A stretch of 64,000 nucleotides of DNA, from the NCBI GenBank assembly GCA_963843845.1, contig CAWJMB010000002.1:2976001-3040000 (forward strand), read 5' to 3'. Shown here piece after piece: positions 41,090-53,024 of this stretch (positions are counted from its first letter, which is position 1; every line of letters starts with the position of its first letter). The notes under the pieces are model-generated. The model did no database searches and was not told the DNA's origin. It saw only the letters and a program-made list of their open reading frames with translations. The DNA is from an uncultured Gemmatimonadaceae bacterium. Lineage in GTDB: Bacteria > Gemmatimonadota > Gemmatimonadetes > Gemmatimonadales > Gemmatimonadaceae. Made by a program: the position numbers and the translations under genes.

Positions 41090-41347
41090 TCAGGTCGTGG
41101 TCGCGCGTCGCAGCAGTCGGATCACGAACAGCAAGACCACGGCGCCGATGAACGCCACGAGAATCGTCCCCGCCAACCCGCCGAGCGGCGACGCGACGCC
41201 GAGGGCGGTGAAGATCCACCCGCCGACGAACGCGCCGACGATGCCGATGATGATGTCACCGATGAGTCCGTAGCCCGTGCCGCCCATGACCATCGAGGCG
41301 AGCACGCCGGCGACGAGACCGACGATGAGCCAGGCGAGGAGTGTCAT
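41090..41347 (-). CDS. GlsB/YeaQ/YmgE (transglycosylase-associated) small membrane protein
   Basis: WLIVGLVAGVLA...IIIGIVGAFVGG...AFIGAVVLL. Confidence 0.9.
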   Translation of the reverse strand: MTLLAWLIVGLVAGVLASMVMGGTGYGLIGDIIIGIVGAFVGGWIFTALGVASPLGGLAGTILVAFIGAVVLLFVIRLLRRATTT

Positions 41348-41507
41348 ATCGCCGAGAGCTCCGGTGAGAGAAGCGACCTCGAAAGTGAGCACGCTCGTGC
41401 GGCCACGGGCGACACGCCCGGGTGCCTGCCGCGCTCCCCGCGGAGCGGGCGACGCGGCGGTCGCGAGCGTCGCGCCACGACGCCGCCCGACCGGCGAGCT
41501 TTCGCGC

Positions 41508-43955
41508 ATGACCCAATCCGACACCTCTGACGCCGCCAGCCGAACGTCGTTCGGTGGCTTCGATCTCGGCCTCGACGACGACACGACGGCGCCGGCGGCC
41601 GCGCCGATCCGCATCAGGACCCTCGGCGTCATCGGCGCCGGCACGATGGGGAGCGGCATCGCCGCCCTCGCCGCGTCGGCCGGCATCCCCGTCGTGCTGC
41701 TCGACATCGCCCCCCCGCAGGCGGGCTCGGGCAGGCTGCGGAGCGGCGCGACGCGATCGCGAAGCGGCGCCGTCGCAGAAGGCCCTCAAGGCGAAGCCGG
41801 CGCCGTTCATGGACGCCCGTCGCGCCGCGCTCATCACGCACGGGCAACATCGACGACGACCTCGCGCTGCTCGCCGACGTGCGACCTCGTGATCGAGGCG
41901 ATCATCGAGCAGCCGGCGCCGAAGCAGGCGCTCTACGCGCAGCTCGAAGGGGTCGCTCAAGCCGAGCGCGATCGTCGCGTCGAACACGTCGGGCATCCCG
42001 ATGGCGGTGCTGACCGAGGGACGCGGCGACGAGTTCCGCCGCCGCTTCCTCGGCACGCACTTCTTCGCCCCGCCGCGCTACATGCACCTGCTCGAGATCA
42101 TCCCGGCGCCGGAGACGGACCCCGCCGTGATCGACGCGGTGCGCGCGTTCGGCGAGCGGGTGCTCGGCAAGGGCATCGTCATGTGCAAGGACGCGCCGGG
42201 CTTCATCGCGAACCGGCTCGGCGTGTACGGCATGGTGCACACGATCGCAGCTCATGGAGCGCTTCGGCCTCACGATCGACGAGGTCGACGCGCTCACCGG
42301 CCCGCTCCTCGGGCGCCCGAAGTCGGCGACGTTCCGCACCGCGCGACCTCTCCGGCGTCGACGTCATCGGGCACGTCAGCGCGGGGCTCGCCCAGACGAC
42401 CGGCGAGGACTTCTCGCTCCCCGCCTGGGTGCACCAGATGATCGCCGAGAAGCAGCCTCGGCGACAAGACCGGCGGCGGGTTCTACAAGCAAGGTCGGCA
42501 AGGACATCCTGACGTTCGATCCGGCGAACGAACGACTACGGCCCGCAGCAGAAGCTCGAGACCCCCGAGCTGAAGGCGGCGCACAAGCAGCCGCTCGCGC
42601 GGCAAGCTCGCGGCGGTGAAGACGCTGACCGGCCCGCACGGCGACTTCCTCCGCACCCTCCTCGTCGACCTGTCGCGCTACGTGCTCGACGACGTCGCCC
42701 CAGCTCGCCTTCGACGTGCCGAGCGTCGACCGCGCGATGGAGTGGGGCTACGGCTGGGAGGCCGGGCCGTTCCGCGTCATGGACCTGCTCGGCCTCGACT
42801 GGCTGCGGAGCGAGCTGACGAAGCACGGCGGCGCCGTGCCGGCGCTGCTCACCCAGGCGCAGGGCTCGTTCTACCGCCGCGCCGCGGACGGCAGCGAGGA
42901 GGCGCTCGGCTTCGACGGCCGCTACGCGCCGGTGCCCGACATCGCCGGGAACCTGCGTCTCGCGGCCGTCGCCGCACGGCCGACTGCGATCCTCGAGCAG
43001 AACGAAGGGCGCGCGGCTGCTCGACCTGGGCGACGGCGTCGCGCTGCTCGAGTTCCGCGGGAAGGCGAACGCGCTGTCGTCGAAAGTGCTCGACCTGCTC
43101 GAGCGCTCGATCGAACGCGTCGACCGCGACGGGATGCAGGGGCTCGTCATCGGCAACGACGACCCGCGTACGTTCAGCGCCGGCGCCGACCTCGCCGAGT
43201 CGAGCGGCGCCGTGATCGCCGGGATGTGGGACGTGATCGATCAGGCGATCGCCCGCTTCCAGAACGCGACGCAGAGCGTGCGCCGCGCGCCCTTCCCCGT
43301 CGTCGTGGCGCCGGCCGGACTCGCGTTGGGCGGCGGCTGCGAGTTCGCGCTGCACAGCGACCTGGTACAGGCGCACGCCGAGCTGTACATGGGGCTCGTC
43401 GAGGCGGGCGTCGGGCTGCTCCCCGGCGGCGGCGGGTGCAAGGAGCTGCTGTTCCGATTCATGGGCGACCTCGCCCCGTACGAGGAGGCCGACCCGTTCG
43501 AGGCGGTCAAGCGCGCGTTCAAGCTCATCGCCACCGCGCAGACGTCGACGAGCGCCGCGGAGGCCCGCACGCTCGGCTTTCTGCGCGCGAGCGACCGCAT
43601 CTCGATGAACCGCGACCACCTCATCGCCGACGCCAAGCAGCGCGTGCTCGACCTCGCGCCCGGCTACGTCCCGCCCACGCCGCGCCGGGTGCGCGCGCTC
43701 GGCCGCGAGGGGATCGGCAACCTGCGCTACGCGCTGTTCTCGTTCCGCGAAGGCGGCTACGCCTCGGCGTACGACGAAGTCATCGGCGGCAAGATCGCCC
43801 ACGTGCTCTGCGGCGGCGACGGCCCACCGCGCGACGTGAGCGAGCAGGACATGCTCGACCTCGAGCGCGAGGCCTTCCTGTCGCTGCTGGGCAACGAGAA
43901 GACGCAGGAGCGGATCGTGTACACGCTCCGCACGGGCAAGCCCCTGCGCAACTGA
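41508..43955 (+). CDS. 3-hydroxyacyl-CoA dehydrogenase/enoyl-CoA hydratase (FadN-like; multiple frameshifts)
   Basis: [62 protein letters not shown] and TGKPLRN. Confidence 0.9.
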
Positions 43956-43971
43956 TCAGGAGACCATCACG

Positions 43972-45145
<1,174 letters not shown>

Positions 45146-45188
45146 GTGGAGCACGTCCGACGCCGACCGCGACCGGACCGCTGGAACG

Positions 45189-45226
45189 CGACACGGCCCC
45201 CGCGCAGCTGCGCGGGGGCCGTGTCG
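45189..45226. terminator. Perfect 38-bp palindrome, probable bidirectional terminator
   Basis: CGACACGGCCCCCGCGCAG|CTGCGCGGGGGCCGTGTCG, between the convergent thiolase and 6S RNA. Confidence 0.7.
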
Positions 45227-45231
45227 TTCGT

Positions 45232-45402
45232 GTGGCCGGAGGGAAGGTTGTTTTGAAGCCCCGAGTGTGAATCGGTGGATGTCCGCGCTTCCGATTTCCG
45301 CCTTCCCCGCACTGGGGCATGACGTCGGCGAAATGAACGGCATCCGGCTTCAAAAAGTGTCGGGTCAAAACAGGAGTCTTCCCGACCGACCGTCGTTCTA
45401 CT
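45232..45402 (-). ncRNA. ssrS: 6S RNA
   Basis: About 170-nt lower-GC element that folds as a rod. Pairings: GGGAAG/CUUCCC, UGUUUUGA/UCAAAACA, CCCGA/UCGGG, a central bubble, then GGAUG/CAUCC and AUUUCGCC/GGCGGAAAU (one bulge). Segments UUUUGACCCGACACUUUUUGA and CAUCCACC..GGCUUCAAAACAA resemble B. subtilis 6S-1 as I recall it. It has its own promoter and a downstream terminator. Confidence 0.8.
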
Positions 45403-45409
45403 GGAGTGA

Positions 45410-45437
45410 AAGCTAGCGAAGAAACACCGTCGGTCAA
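45410..45437 (-). promoter_or_regulatory. Sigma-70-type promoter of the 6S RNA
   Basis: Minus strand TTGACC-N16-TAGCTT directly upstream of the predicted RNA 5' end. Confidence 0.7.
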
Positions 45438-45459
45438 CGCGCCGCGGTGCGGCCGCGTG

Positions 45460-48054
45460 CTACGGTCGAACGACGATCGGCACGGCGGCGCCGGCACCGA
45501 TGACGTCGGCGCGGATCAGCACGAAGGCTGCGAGCGGGTTCACCGCGAGCGACGGCGTCGGCGCCTTGCCGCGGATGCGATAGAAGTAGCCTTCGGTGAA
45601 CTCGGTCGCGCGCGTGACGTCCACGTACGGAGAGCTCGCCGGCCCGACGTCCACCGTCACGCCCGACCGCACGGGGGTGCCGGCGACGTCGCGGACGATG
45701 ACCTGGAACAGCAGGTCCTGCCCGACGCGAACCTCGCGCGCGTTCCCGGCCGTCGAGATCTCGAGCGAGCCGAGGTGCCCCGCGGTCGGCGGGTAGACGA
45801 GCAGCGTCGACGTGTCCGACGCGACCTCGACGCCGCCGAGCAGATAGCGTGCGCGGATCACCGTCGTTCCACCACTCACGCCGGTCGCCTGCCCCGTCGT
45901 CGAATCGATCGTCGCGACGCTCGGCCGCGACGACGTGTAGCGGATGGCCGAGGCGAACTCCGTCGTCGGATTGACCACCGTGCCGGCCGAGTCGAACAGA
46001 CTCACGCGATAAGTGACCGATGCCGGCGCCGTGATCTCGGCGGCGCGCGGCTCGAGGAGCGCGAAGCGCACGCGGCTCGTCACCGGGACGCGCACGCGCG
46101 CGGAGTCGCGCACGGTGCCCGCGCCGCCGATGTAGGTGGCGACGATGTACGTCGTTCCGGGCGACCCTGCGCGCACGGCCGTCGACAGCCCGCTCGGCGT
46201 GATCGCGGCGACGGCCGGGTTGCGCGACACCCACTCGACGGTGGTCGGCGTGGCGACGTTCGCGACCGTCGCCGTGATCGTCCCCACCTGCCCGACCTCG
46301 AGCAACAGGTCGGCGGGCGTCACGGTGATGGTCGGCGTCACGAGGGCGCCGGTGACTTCGAGCGAGGCCCGTCCGGTGACGCCCTGCGCCGACGCGATCA
46401 CGTCGGTCCGTCCGGTGCGAAGCCCGCTGGCCACCGCGGTGCGATCCGTCGTCGGCGCGACCGTCGCGACGCTGCTGTCGGCGGTGGTCCACGTAGGGCG
46501 GATCGCCGGGTCGACGACGGGGCGGCCGGCACCGTCGAGGAGCTGTGCCGTGAACGTCACGCCGGCCGTGCCGATGCGGTGCGTGGCGGTGGCGGGAGTG
46601 ACGACGATGCGGTCGACGGTGCGCACCGTGATCGTCGCGCGCGCCTCGAGGACTCCCGTTCTGAAGCTGCGGGTCGCGACCAGCTCGGCCGTCGCCGTGG
46701 CCGGTCCCGGTGGGACGGCGCTGACCACGACGTTCGTCACCATCGCCGGCTTCCCCGCGGTGCTCAGCTGCAACGCGATCGCCGACGAGGCACCCGGCGG
46801 CCGCGCGATGACGATCGGGCTCGGGAACGCCGCGGCCGGGATCACGTTCCGCGACGCGTCGCGGGCGATCACCGTGAAGTCCGCCGCCCCGCCGAGCGCG
46901 ATCGTCGCGGACGGCGGCGAGATCTCGAGCGAGGCCACCGCCGGATAGGCGGTGAGCTCCACCGAGTCGGGCGCGGCCGTGCCGGCAGTGGCCACGATCC
47001 ACCCGCGGACGACACCGCCACGCCGCACGATCTCGCCGGAGTTCGGCTCCACGATGGTCGCGCACCCCGTGGGATCGTTCGTCGCGGGGCACCCCGTGAC
47101 GGCCGGGCGGATCGGGAGGGCGATCGAGTCGCGCGACGTGAAGCGCAGCGAGGACGGGTCCACGGGCCGGCCAGCGGCGTCGAGCAGCGAGGCGAAGATC
47201 ACGCCGTTCACGTCGTTCGCGACGATGGTCTGCGGCGTGCTCCGGTCGATCTGGACACGCGCCGCGTTCGCCGTGACGTTCACGGTGACGGTGCGCTCGA
47301 GGCGCACGCCGGCGCGTCCCGTGTAGACGACGCGCAGCGGCGTCGTGCCGACGGCGAGCGCGCGGAGCCCGATGCGGTCGAGCGGCCCGTTCGTGATCGG
47401 GTTCCGCACGGCGGGCGTCCCCCCGTCCGTCGGCCGGGTGGAGATCTGCGCGACGGCGGCGTTGGTGACGGTCCACTCCACCGACCCCGTGGTGAAGACG
47501 CCGGGCGACGAGCCGCGCGGCGAGGCGGCGAGCGAGAGCGTGTCGCCGACGCGGAGGTTGTAGACCGACTGGACATCGAGCGTCGTCGGGCGGTTCGCGA
47601 GCGCCACGATCGTCGCCGTGTACCGCTGTGTCGTGCCGCCGGCGAAGTTGACGTCGAGCGGCGTCATGGTGACGACGGCGTCGCCGTCGCGGACGACCTC
47701 GACCCGCATCAGTGGACGCGTCGCCGAGTCGACGAGCGTCGTTCCTCCCGAGTAGCGCTGCACCGGCGGGTCGAGCAGGCGCGCCACCGTGGCGCGGCTC
47801 GTCTCCCACCGCACGTCGAAGTCGGTGAGCCCCACGCCGTTGCTGCCGGTGACGAACGGGGCGCGATAGACGAGCGTGTCGAGGGTGTACGTCGTGTCGA
47901 CGCGCGTCGCGGGGTCGATCCGCGCGACGATGGAGCGCTCGGTGACCGATTCGGGCCCGGCGCAGTCGGAGGCCATGGTGGTCGCGCCGAGGGCGAACAC
48001 CCCGACGAGTTGGGCGAGCCGGCGGGCGAGTGGGACGTACTGCCGATGTATCAT
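45460..48054 (-). CDS. Large exported Ig-like (Big_2-type) repeat protein, possible lipoprotein
   Basis: Signal ending TTMASDC; repeated W-x-S/T..VA(T/A)V/I..G...G-T-T-x-I/V-x-A units (WTTADSSVATV, WVSRNPAVAAI, YTSSRPSVATI); ATGA overlap with the upstream gene. Confidence 0.8.
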   Translation of the reverse strand: MIHRQYVPLARRLAQLVGVFALGATTMASDCAGPESVTERSIVARIDPATRVDTTYTLDTLVYRAPFVTGSNGVGLTDFDVRWETSRATVARLLDPPVQRYSGGTTLVDSATRPLMRVEVVRDGDAVVTMTPLDVNFAGGTTQRYTATIVALANRPTTLDVQSVYNLRVGDTLSLAASPRGSSPGVFTTGSVEWTVTNAAVAQISTRPTDGGTPAVRNPITNGPLDRIGLRALAVGTTPLRVVYTGRAGVRLERTVTVNVTANAARVQIDRSTPQTIVANDVNGVIFASLLDAAGRPVDPSSLRFTSRDSIALPIRPAVTGCPATNDPTGCATIVEPNSGEIVRRGGVVRGWIVATAGTAAPDSVELTAYPAVASLEISPPSATIALGGAADFTVIARDASRNVIPAAAFPSPIVIARPPGASSAIALQLSTAGKPAMVTNVVVSAVPPGPATATAELVATRSFRTGVLEARATITVRTVDRIVVTPATATHRIGTAGVTFTAQLLDGAGRPVVDPAIRPTWTTADSSVATVAPTTDRTAVASGLRTGRTDVIASAQGVTGRASLEVTGALVTPTITVTPADLLLEVGQVGTITATVANVATPTTVEWVSRNPAVAAITPSGLSTAVRAGSPGTTYIVATYIGGAGTVRDSARVRVPVTSRVRFALLEPRAAEITAPASVTYRVSLFDSAGTVVNPTTEFASAIRYTSSRPSVATIDSTTGQATGVSGGTTVIRARYLLGGVEVASDTSTLLVYPPTAGHLGSLEISTAGNAREVRVGQDLLFQVIVRDVAGTPVRSGVTVDVGPASSPYVDVTRATEFTEGYFYRIRGKAPTPSLAVNPLAAFVLIRADVIGAGAAVPIVVRP

Positions 48055-49370
48055 GCGCGAGCCTCGATGGTGGTGAGAGCGGAGCGGGCGGGGTGGGGCG
48101 CACGAGCCTCGCGCCCGAACGCGGCGGCGAGTCCGAGCGTCAGCGGAACGGCGAGCGCGAGCACGCGCCCGTTGTCCTGCTCGAATCCGGGGACGAGCTT
48201 GAGCGCGAGCGCGGCGACGGCGAGCGCGGCGAGCGCGCGCCACCCGAGGTGCAGCCATCGCCCGGCGCGCGAGGAGCCCGCGGCGAATGCGATCGCCGCG
48301 GGGAGCAGCAGGAGCGCGAGCGGGTTGGCGAGGAGCAGGTTCTCGTTGCCGCGCACGAACGCGTATTCGGTGAGCGTCCAGCCGGCCGCGATCAGCAGAC
48401 CGGGGACGCCGAGCACGACTGCGGTGATCGCCCCGAGCGCGCCGAGGACGATCCGTCCGCCGCGCGCGGATCGCGCGGATCGCGCGGCGCCGAGCGCGAG
48501 CGCCGCGACGAGGGCGCCGATCGCGGCGATCGCGCCGCGCGGAGGCGGCGTGCCGACGGGCTCGTCGATGCCGCCGCGCGCGGGCGCCACCGCCTCGACC
48601 GCGAGCGGCACGGCGACGCCGGCCGAGTCGGTCGTCGTCGCGCGGACGAGCGCCTGGAGCCCGGCCGGCTGCGCCGCGAGCGTCCAGGTCGTCGCGCGGC
48701 CGTCCACGTCGCCGTTCATGACGACGTCGCCGAGGAGCGCGACCGGCGCGTTGCGCGGGTAGACGCGCGCCAGCCCGTGCGCGCGGAGCGTCTCCGTGGC
48801 CGGCGAGCCGCCGCTCCGGCGCAGACGCCCGCCGAGCGCGGCATCGAGGTGGTCGCGCAGGCGCGTCGCGCAGTTGTCCCGGTCGTATCGGTAGACGTAG
48901 CGCCCGCGCGCCGTGGCGACGTCGGTCTCGACGAGCCGGAGCAGCGTCCGCACCTCCTCGTCGTGGAGCTGCAGCCCGAGCACGGAGACCGAGCGCCCGT
49001 CGCGGGCGAACGCGGCGAGCGCGCGATCGCCGTCACGCAGCCGTACGACCGCGCGCAGCCGCCCCGAGAGGGCGCGGGCGAGGACCCCGGGTCCACCCTC
49101 GATCGCGCCGTAGTCCACCAGCGTCGTCACGCCACGCTGCGGGCCCCGCACGAGCAGCGCGGAATGGCCGAGCCACGTCAGCGGCGCCGCTCCGCTCCCC
49201 ACGGTCACCAGCGAGACCGTGACTCGCTCGAACGACGACTCGGCCGCGTGTCGCTGCGCCCGCGCCGCGGCGGGCCACGCGGCGACGGCGAGCGCCGCGA
49301 ACGCGACGACCGGTCGCCACGACCGAACGAGGATCGACGAGCGCGGCGCAGCGGGAGGTCCGATGTGCAT
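48051..49370 (-). CDS. DUF4105/Lnb-like membrane protein (lipoprotein N-acyltransferase family)
   Basis: VSLVTVGSG..WLGHSALLV..DYG, Y.Y.YDRDNCATRLRD, followed by about four C-terminal TM helices with NENLLLANPL. Confidence 0.75.
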   Translation of the reverse strand: MHIGPPAAPRSSILVRSWRPVVAFAALAVAAWPAAARAQRHAAESSFERVTVSLVTVGSGAAPLTWLGHSALLVRGPQRGVTTLVDYGAIEGGPGVLARALSGRLRAVVRLRDGDRALAAFARDGRSVSVLGLQLHDEEVRTLLRLVETDVATARGRYVYRYDRDNCATRLRDHLDAALGGRLRRSGGSPATETLRAHGLARVYPRNAPVALLGDVVMNGDVDGRATTWTLAAQPAGLQALVRATTTDSAGVAVPLAVEAVAPARGGIDEPVGTPPPRGAIAAIGALVAALALGAARSARSARGGRIVLGALGAITAVVLGVPGLLIAAGWTLTEYAFVRGNENLLLANPLALLLLPAAIAFAAGSSRAGRWLHLGWRALAALAVAALALKLVPGFEQDNGRVLALAVPLTLGLAAAFGREARAPHPARSALTTIEARA

Positions 49371-49579
49371 CGATGGTTTCCGGTTGGGACCGCCCCCGGA
49401 CGGCGAGCGCGGTCGACGCCTGTGGCGCGCGGGCCACTTGACCGCACCGCGGGCACATGCCACCGTGCCTTTCGAGGTCGTCGCCCGCCGTCAGCAGTCC
49501 TTCGGCTGATAACGCACCGAATCCCGCCGTTCGGGCTCATGGCCCGGATCCAGGCGGCGAAGCACCCCGATTTCCGCTG

Positions 49580-50137
49580 ATGTCGATGCCGCCGATCGAG
49601 CGCCCCGAGTCCGCACGCGCGCCCGACGCGGCGCAGTTGAACGCGCTCTTCCCGCTCGTCTACGAGGAGCTGCGCCGCCTCGCGCTCGCGTACCTCCGCG
49701 CCGAGCGCGAGGAGCACACGCTGCAGCCGACGGCGCTCGTGCACGAGGCGTATTTCCGCCTCTCCGGTCAGCGCGACGTCGACTGGGGGAACCGCGCCCA
49801 GTTCGTCGGCGTCGCCGCGTCGATGATGCGGCGCATCCTCGTGAACCACGCCCGCGACCGGCGCGCCCAGAAGCGGGGCAGCGGCGCGACGCGCGTCGCG
49901 CTCGACGACGCCGTCGGTCTCGTCGAGGAACGCGACGTCGATCTCGTCGCGCTCGACGACGCGCTCGTCGCCCTCGCCGAGGTCGACCCGCGCGGCAGCC
50001 GCGTCGTCGAGCTGCGCTTCTTCGGCGGACTGAGCGTCGACGAGACCGCCGAGGTGCTCGGCGTCTCGTCGGCGACGGTGAAGCGCGACTGGGGTGCCGC
50101 CCGCGCGTGGCTGCGGCGGGAGCTCGCCGCGGCGTGA
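49580..50137 (+). CDS. ECF sigma factor, ECF43-like (kinase-associated)
   Basis: LFPLVYEELRRLA, HTLQPTALVHEAY, MRRILVNHAR...KRG, VVELRFFGGL and TVKRDW..ARAWL. Confidence 0.9.
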   Translation: MSMPPIERPESARAPDAAQLNALFPLVYEELRRLALAYLRAEREEHTLQPTALVHEAYFRLSGQRDVDWGNRAQFVGVAASMMRRILVNHARDRRAQKRGSGATRVALDDAVGLVEERDVDLVALDDALVALAEVDPRGSRVVELRFFGGLSVDETAEVLGVSSATVKRDWGAARAWLRRELAAA

Positions 50138-53015
50138 CGGGGTCGCCGGTCGAACGCTGGGAACGCACGAAGGCGCTGTTCGGCGACTGTCTCGACGCGG
50201 CACCCGACGCGCGTGCCGCGCTGCTCGTCGAGCGCTGCGGCGACGACGACGCCCTGCGCGCCGAGGTCGAGTCGCTGCTCGCCGCGCACGTGCCCGAGGC
50301 GTCGTTCCTCGAACGGTCGGCGTTCGCGGCGGCCGCGACGGCGCTCGCCGAGGACGGTCGCGCGCGGATCGGCGAGCGCGTCGGCGCGTAGCGGCTCGTG
50401 CGCGAGATCGGCCGCGGCGGCATGGGCACCGTCTACCTGGCCGAGCGCGACGACGCGGCGTTCCGGCAGCAGCGTCGCGGTCAAGCTCATCAAACGCGGG
50501 ATGGACACCGACGCCATCGTCCGCCGCTTCCGCCACGAGCGACAGATCCTCGCACGCCTCGAGCACCCGAACATCGCCCGCCTGCTCGACGGCGGCACGA
50601 CGGCGGACGGGCTGCCGTACTTCGTCATGGAGTACATCGACGGCCAGCCGATCGACGCGCTACTGCGCGGAGCGCTCGCTCCCGACCGACGCGCGGCTGC
50701 GGCTCTTTCGGCGACGTGTGCGGCGCGGTGCAGTACGCGCATCAGCAGCTCGTCGTCCATCGCGACATCAAGCCGAGCAACATCCTCGTCACGGCGGACG
50801 GCACGCCGAAGCTGCTCGACTTCGGTATCGCGAAGCTGCTCGACCCCGCGACGACGAGCATCGCATCGACCGCGGTCGTCGACGGCGCCGTCCACGCGAT
50901 GACGCCCGAGTACGCGAGTCCGGAGCAGGTACGCGGCGAGTCGGTCAGCACGCAGACCGACGTCTACTCGCTCGGCGTGCTGCTCTACGAGCTGCTCACG
51001 GGTCGGCGGCCGTACCGCTTCACGCAGCCGCAGCCCGGATGTCGTGGCACGCGTCGTCTGGGAGCAGGAGCCTGGCGCGCGCCGAGCACCGGTCGTGCCG
51101 CGCCTGCGCCGCCGACCTCGACACGATCGTCGCGATGGCGATGCGCAAGGAGCCGGCGCGGCGCTACGCGTCGGCCGGGCAGCTCGGCGAGGACGTCGCG
51201 CGCTTCCTCGACGGACGCCCCGTCATCGCGCGCGCCGACACGATCGGCTATCGCGTCACGACCTTCGTGCGCCGCAACCGTGTCGGCGTGGTCGCGGCGG
51301 CGCTCGTGCTGCTCTCGCTCGTCGGCGGGTTGGCCGCGACGGCGTGGCAGGCACGCGTCGCGCGGAGTGAGCGCGCGCGCGCCGAGGAGCGCTTCGCCGA
51401 CGTACGGCGCCTCGCGAACGCGCTCCTGTTCGAGCTACACGATCTCATCGAGCCGTTGCCCGGGGCGACCGCCGCGCGCGAGGCCGTCGTGCGCCGCGCG
51501 CTCGAGTATCTCGACCGACTCGCTGCGGGCGCGACGCGGCGTGACGCGTCGCTGCAGCGCGAGCTCGGCGCGGCGTACGAGCGGATCGGGCGGATCCAGG
51601 GCAACTCGTACTTCTCGAACCTCGGCAACACCGACGGCGCGACCCGGAGCTACGAGAAGTCGCTCGCGATCCGCACGCGGCTCGCTGCCGCGCATCCGAG
51701 CGACGCCGTCGCGCAGGCGGAGCTCGCCGACAGCCATCAGGGCGTCGGCGACATGCAGTACACCCGCAGCGATCTGCGCGCCGCGCTCGCGAGCTACGAG
51801 CGGGCGCTCGCGATCCGCCGGCGGCTCGTCGATGCGAACCCGGCCGACGACTCCCTCCGCCTGGCGCTCGCCATCACCCACACGCGCGTCGGCGACGTGA
51901 CCGGGATGGAGGGGTACGCGAACCTCGGTGACGCACCGGGTGCGCTCCGCCACTACCGCGCGGCGATCGCGGCGCAGGAGCGGCTCGTCGCGCGGCGCCC
52001 GAACGACCCGGCGCGGCTCGCGACGTTGGGGGCGACGCTCGCGAGCAGCGGCAACCTGGCGCGCGTCACCGGCGATCCGCAGGCGGGCATCGCGCTCGGA
52101 CGTCGCGCGATCGGGATGCTCGAGACGGCGGCGAACGCCGAGCCGAACAACGTCCTGCGGCAGTTCGCGCTGCTCTCGGCGATCGTCACGCTGCGCTACT
52201 CGCTCGTCGACGAAGGGCTGCTCACCGAGGCGATCGCCAACAGCCGGCGCGTCGTCCCGGCGCTCGAACGGCTCGCCGCCGCCGACTCGAACGACACGCT
52301 CGCCCGCCGCAGCCTGTCCGTGACGCTCAACGCGCTCGGGCGTGATCTGCTGCGCGCTGGAGACGTCGGCGGCGCGCGCCAGGCGCTCGTCCGCTCGCTC
52401 CGCATCGCCGAGTCGCTGGCTGCGGCCGATCCGGCGAACCCGGACGCGCGCCGCGATCTGGTGTTCACGTTGCAGCTGATGGGGGAGGCGCTGCACGCCG
52501 CGCGCGACGACCGCGGCGCGCTCGCGCAGTATCGCCGCGCGCTCGCACTGCAGGACGTGCCACTCGTCGCCGCGTCCGCGACCCACCGCAGTCGCGACGA
52601 CCTCGCCGTCACGCACGGCGGCATCGGCGTCGCCCTCACCGGACTCGGCGACCCGACCGCCGGGATCGCGTCGCTCACCCGCGCCGTCACGCTGGCCGGC
52701 GACGTGGCCGCGGGAACGCCGGCCAACACGGCGATCCGCACCCGCCATGCGGCGCTGTTGTTCGAGCTCGGCGAGAGCTACGCGCGGCGCGCGCGCGGCG
52801 ACGGCACGACGCGGGCGGCAGACGGTCGCGCGTCGGCAGATGCGTTCGCGCGGAGCCTCGCGATCTGGCGTGCGCTCCGCGACGAACGACGCCTCCCGCG
52901 CATCGACGCCGCGTGGCCAGGCCGCGTCGAACGTGCGCTCGACGAGAGCCGGACGCCGCACACCACGTCGCGCCCGGCGATCCCACCAGGCCGGCCTGCC
53001 GGGCAGGCGCGGTAG
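50134..53015 (+). CDS. Membrane Ser/Thr protein kinase with extracytoplasmic TPR-like repeats (frameshifts; in-frame TAG at 50389)
   Basis: [49 protein letters not shown], a TM helix, then helical repeats; GTGA overlap with the sigma stop. Confidence 0.9.
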
Positions 53016-53024
53016 GCAGCCCCG

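Noticed and set aside
45240..45320. Cobalamin riboswitch (GGGAA...CCCCGCACTG resemblance) or retron-type ncRNA
   Set aside because: It lies between convergent gene ends with no downstream gene to regulate and no reverse transcriptase. The 6S interpretation explains promoter, fold and sequence better.
50389..50391. In-frame TAG in the kinase as stop-codon recoding (pyrrolysine or readthrough)
   Set aside because: The position corresponds to a usual Tyr/Trp (one base from TAC/TGG) in an indel-rich segment. TAG is used as a normal stop elsewhere in the window and no pyl genes are seen.
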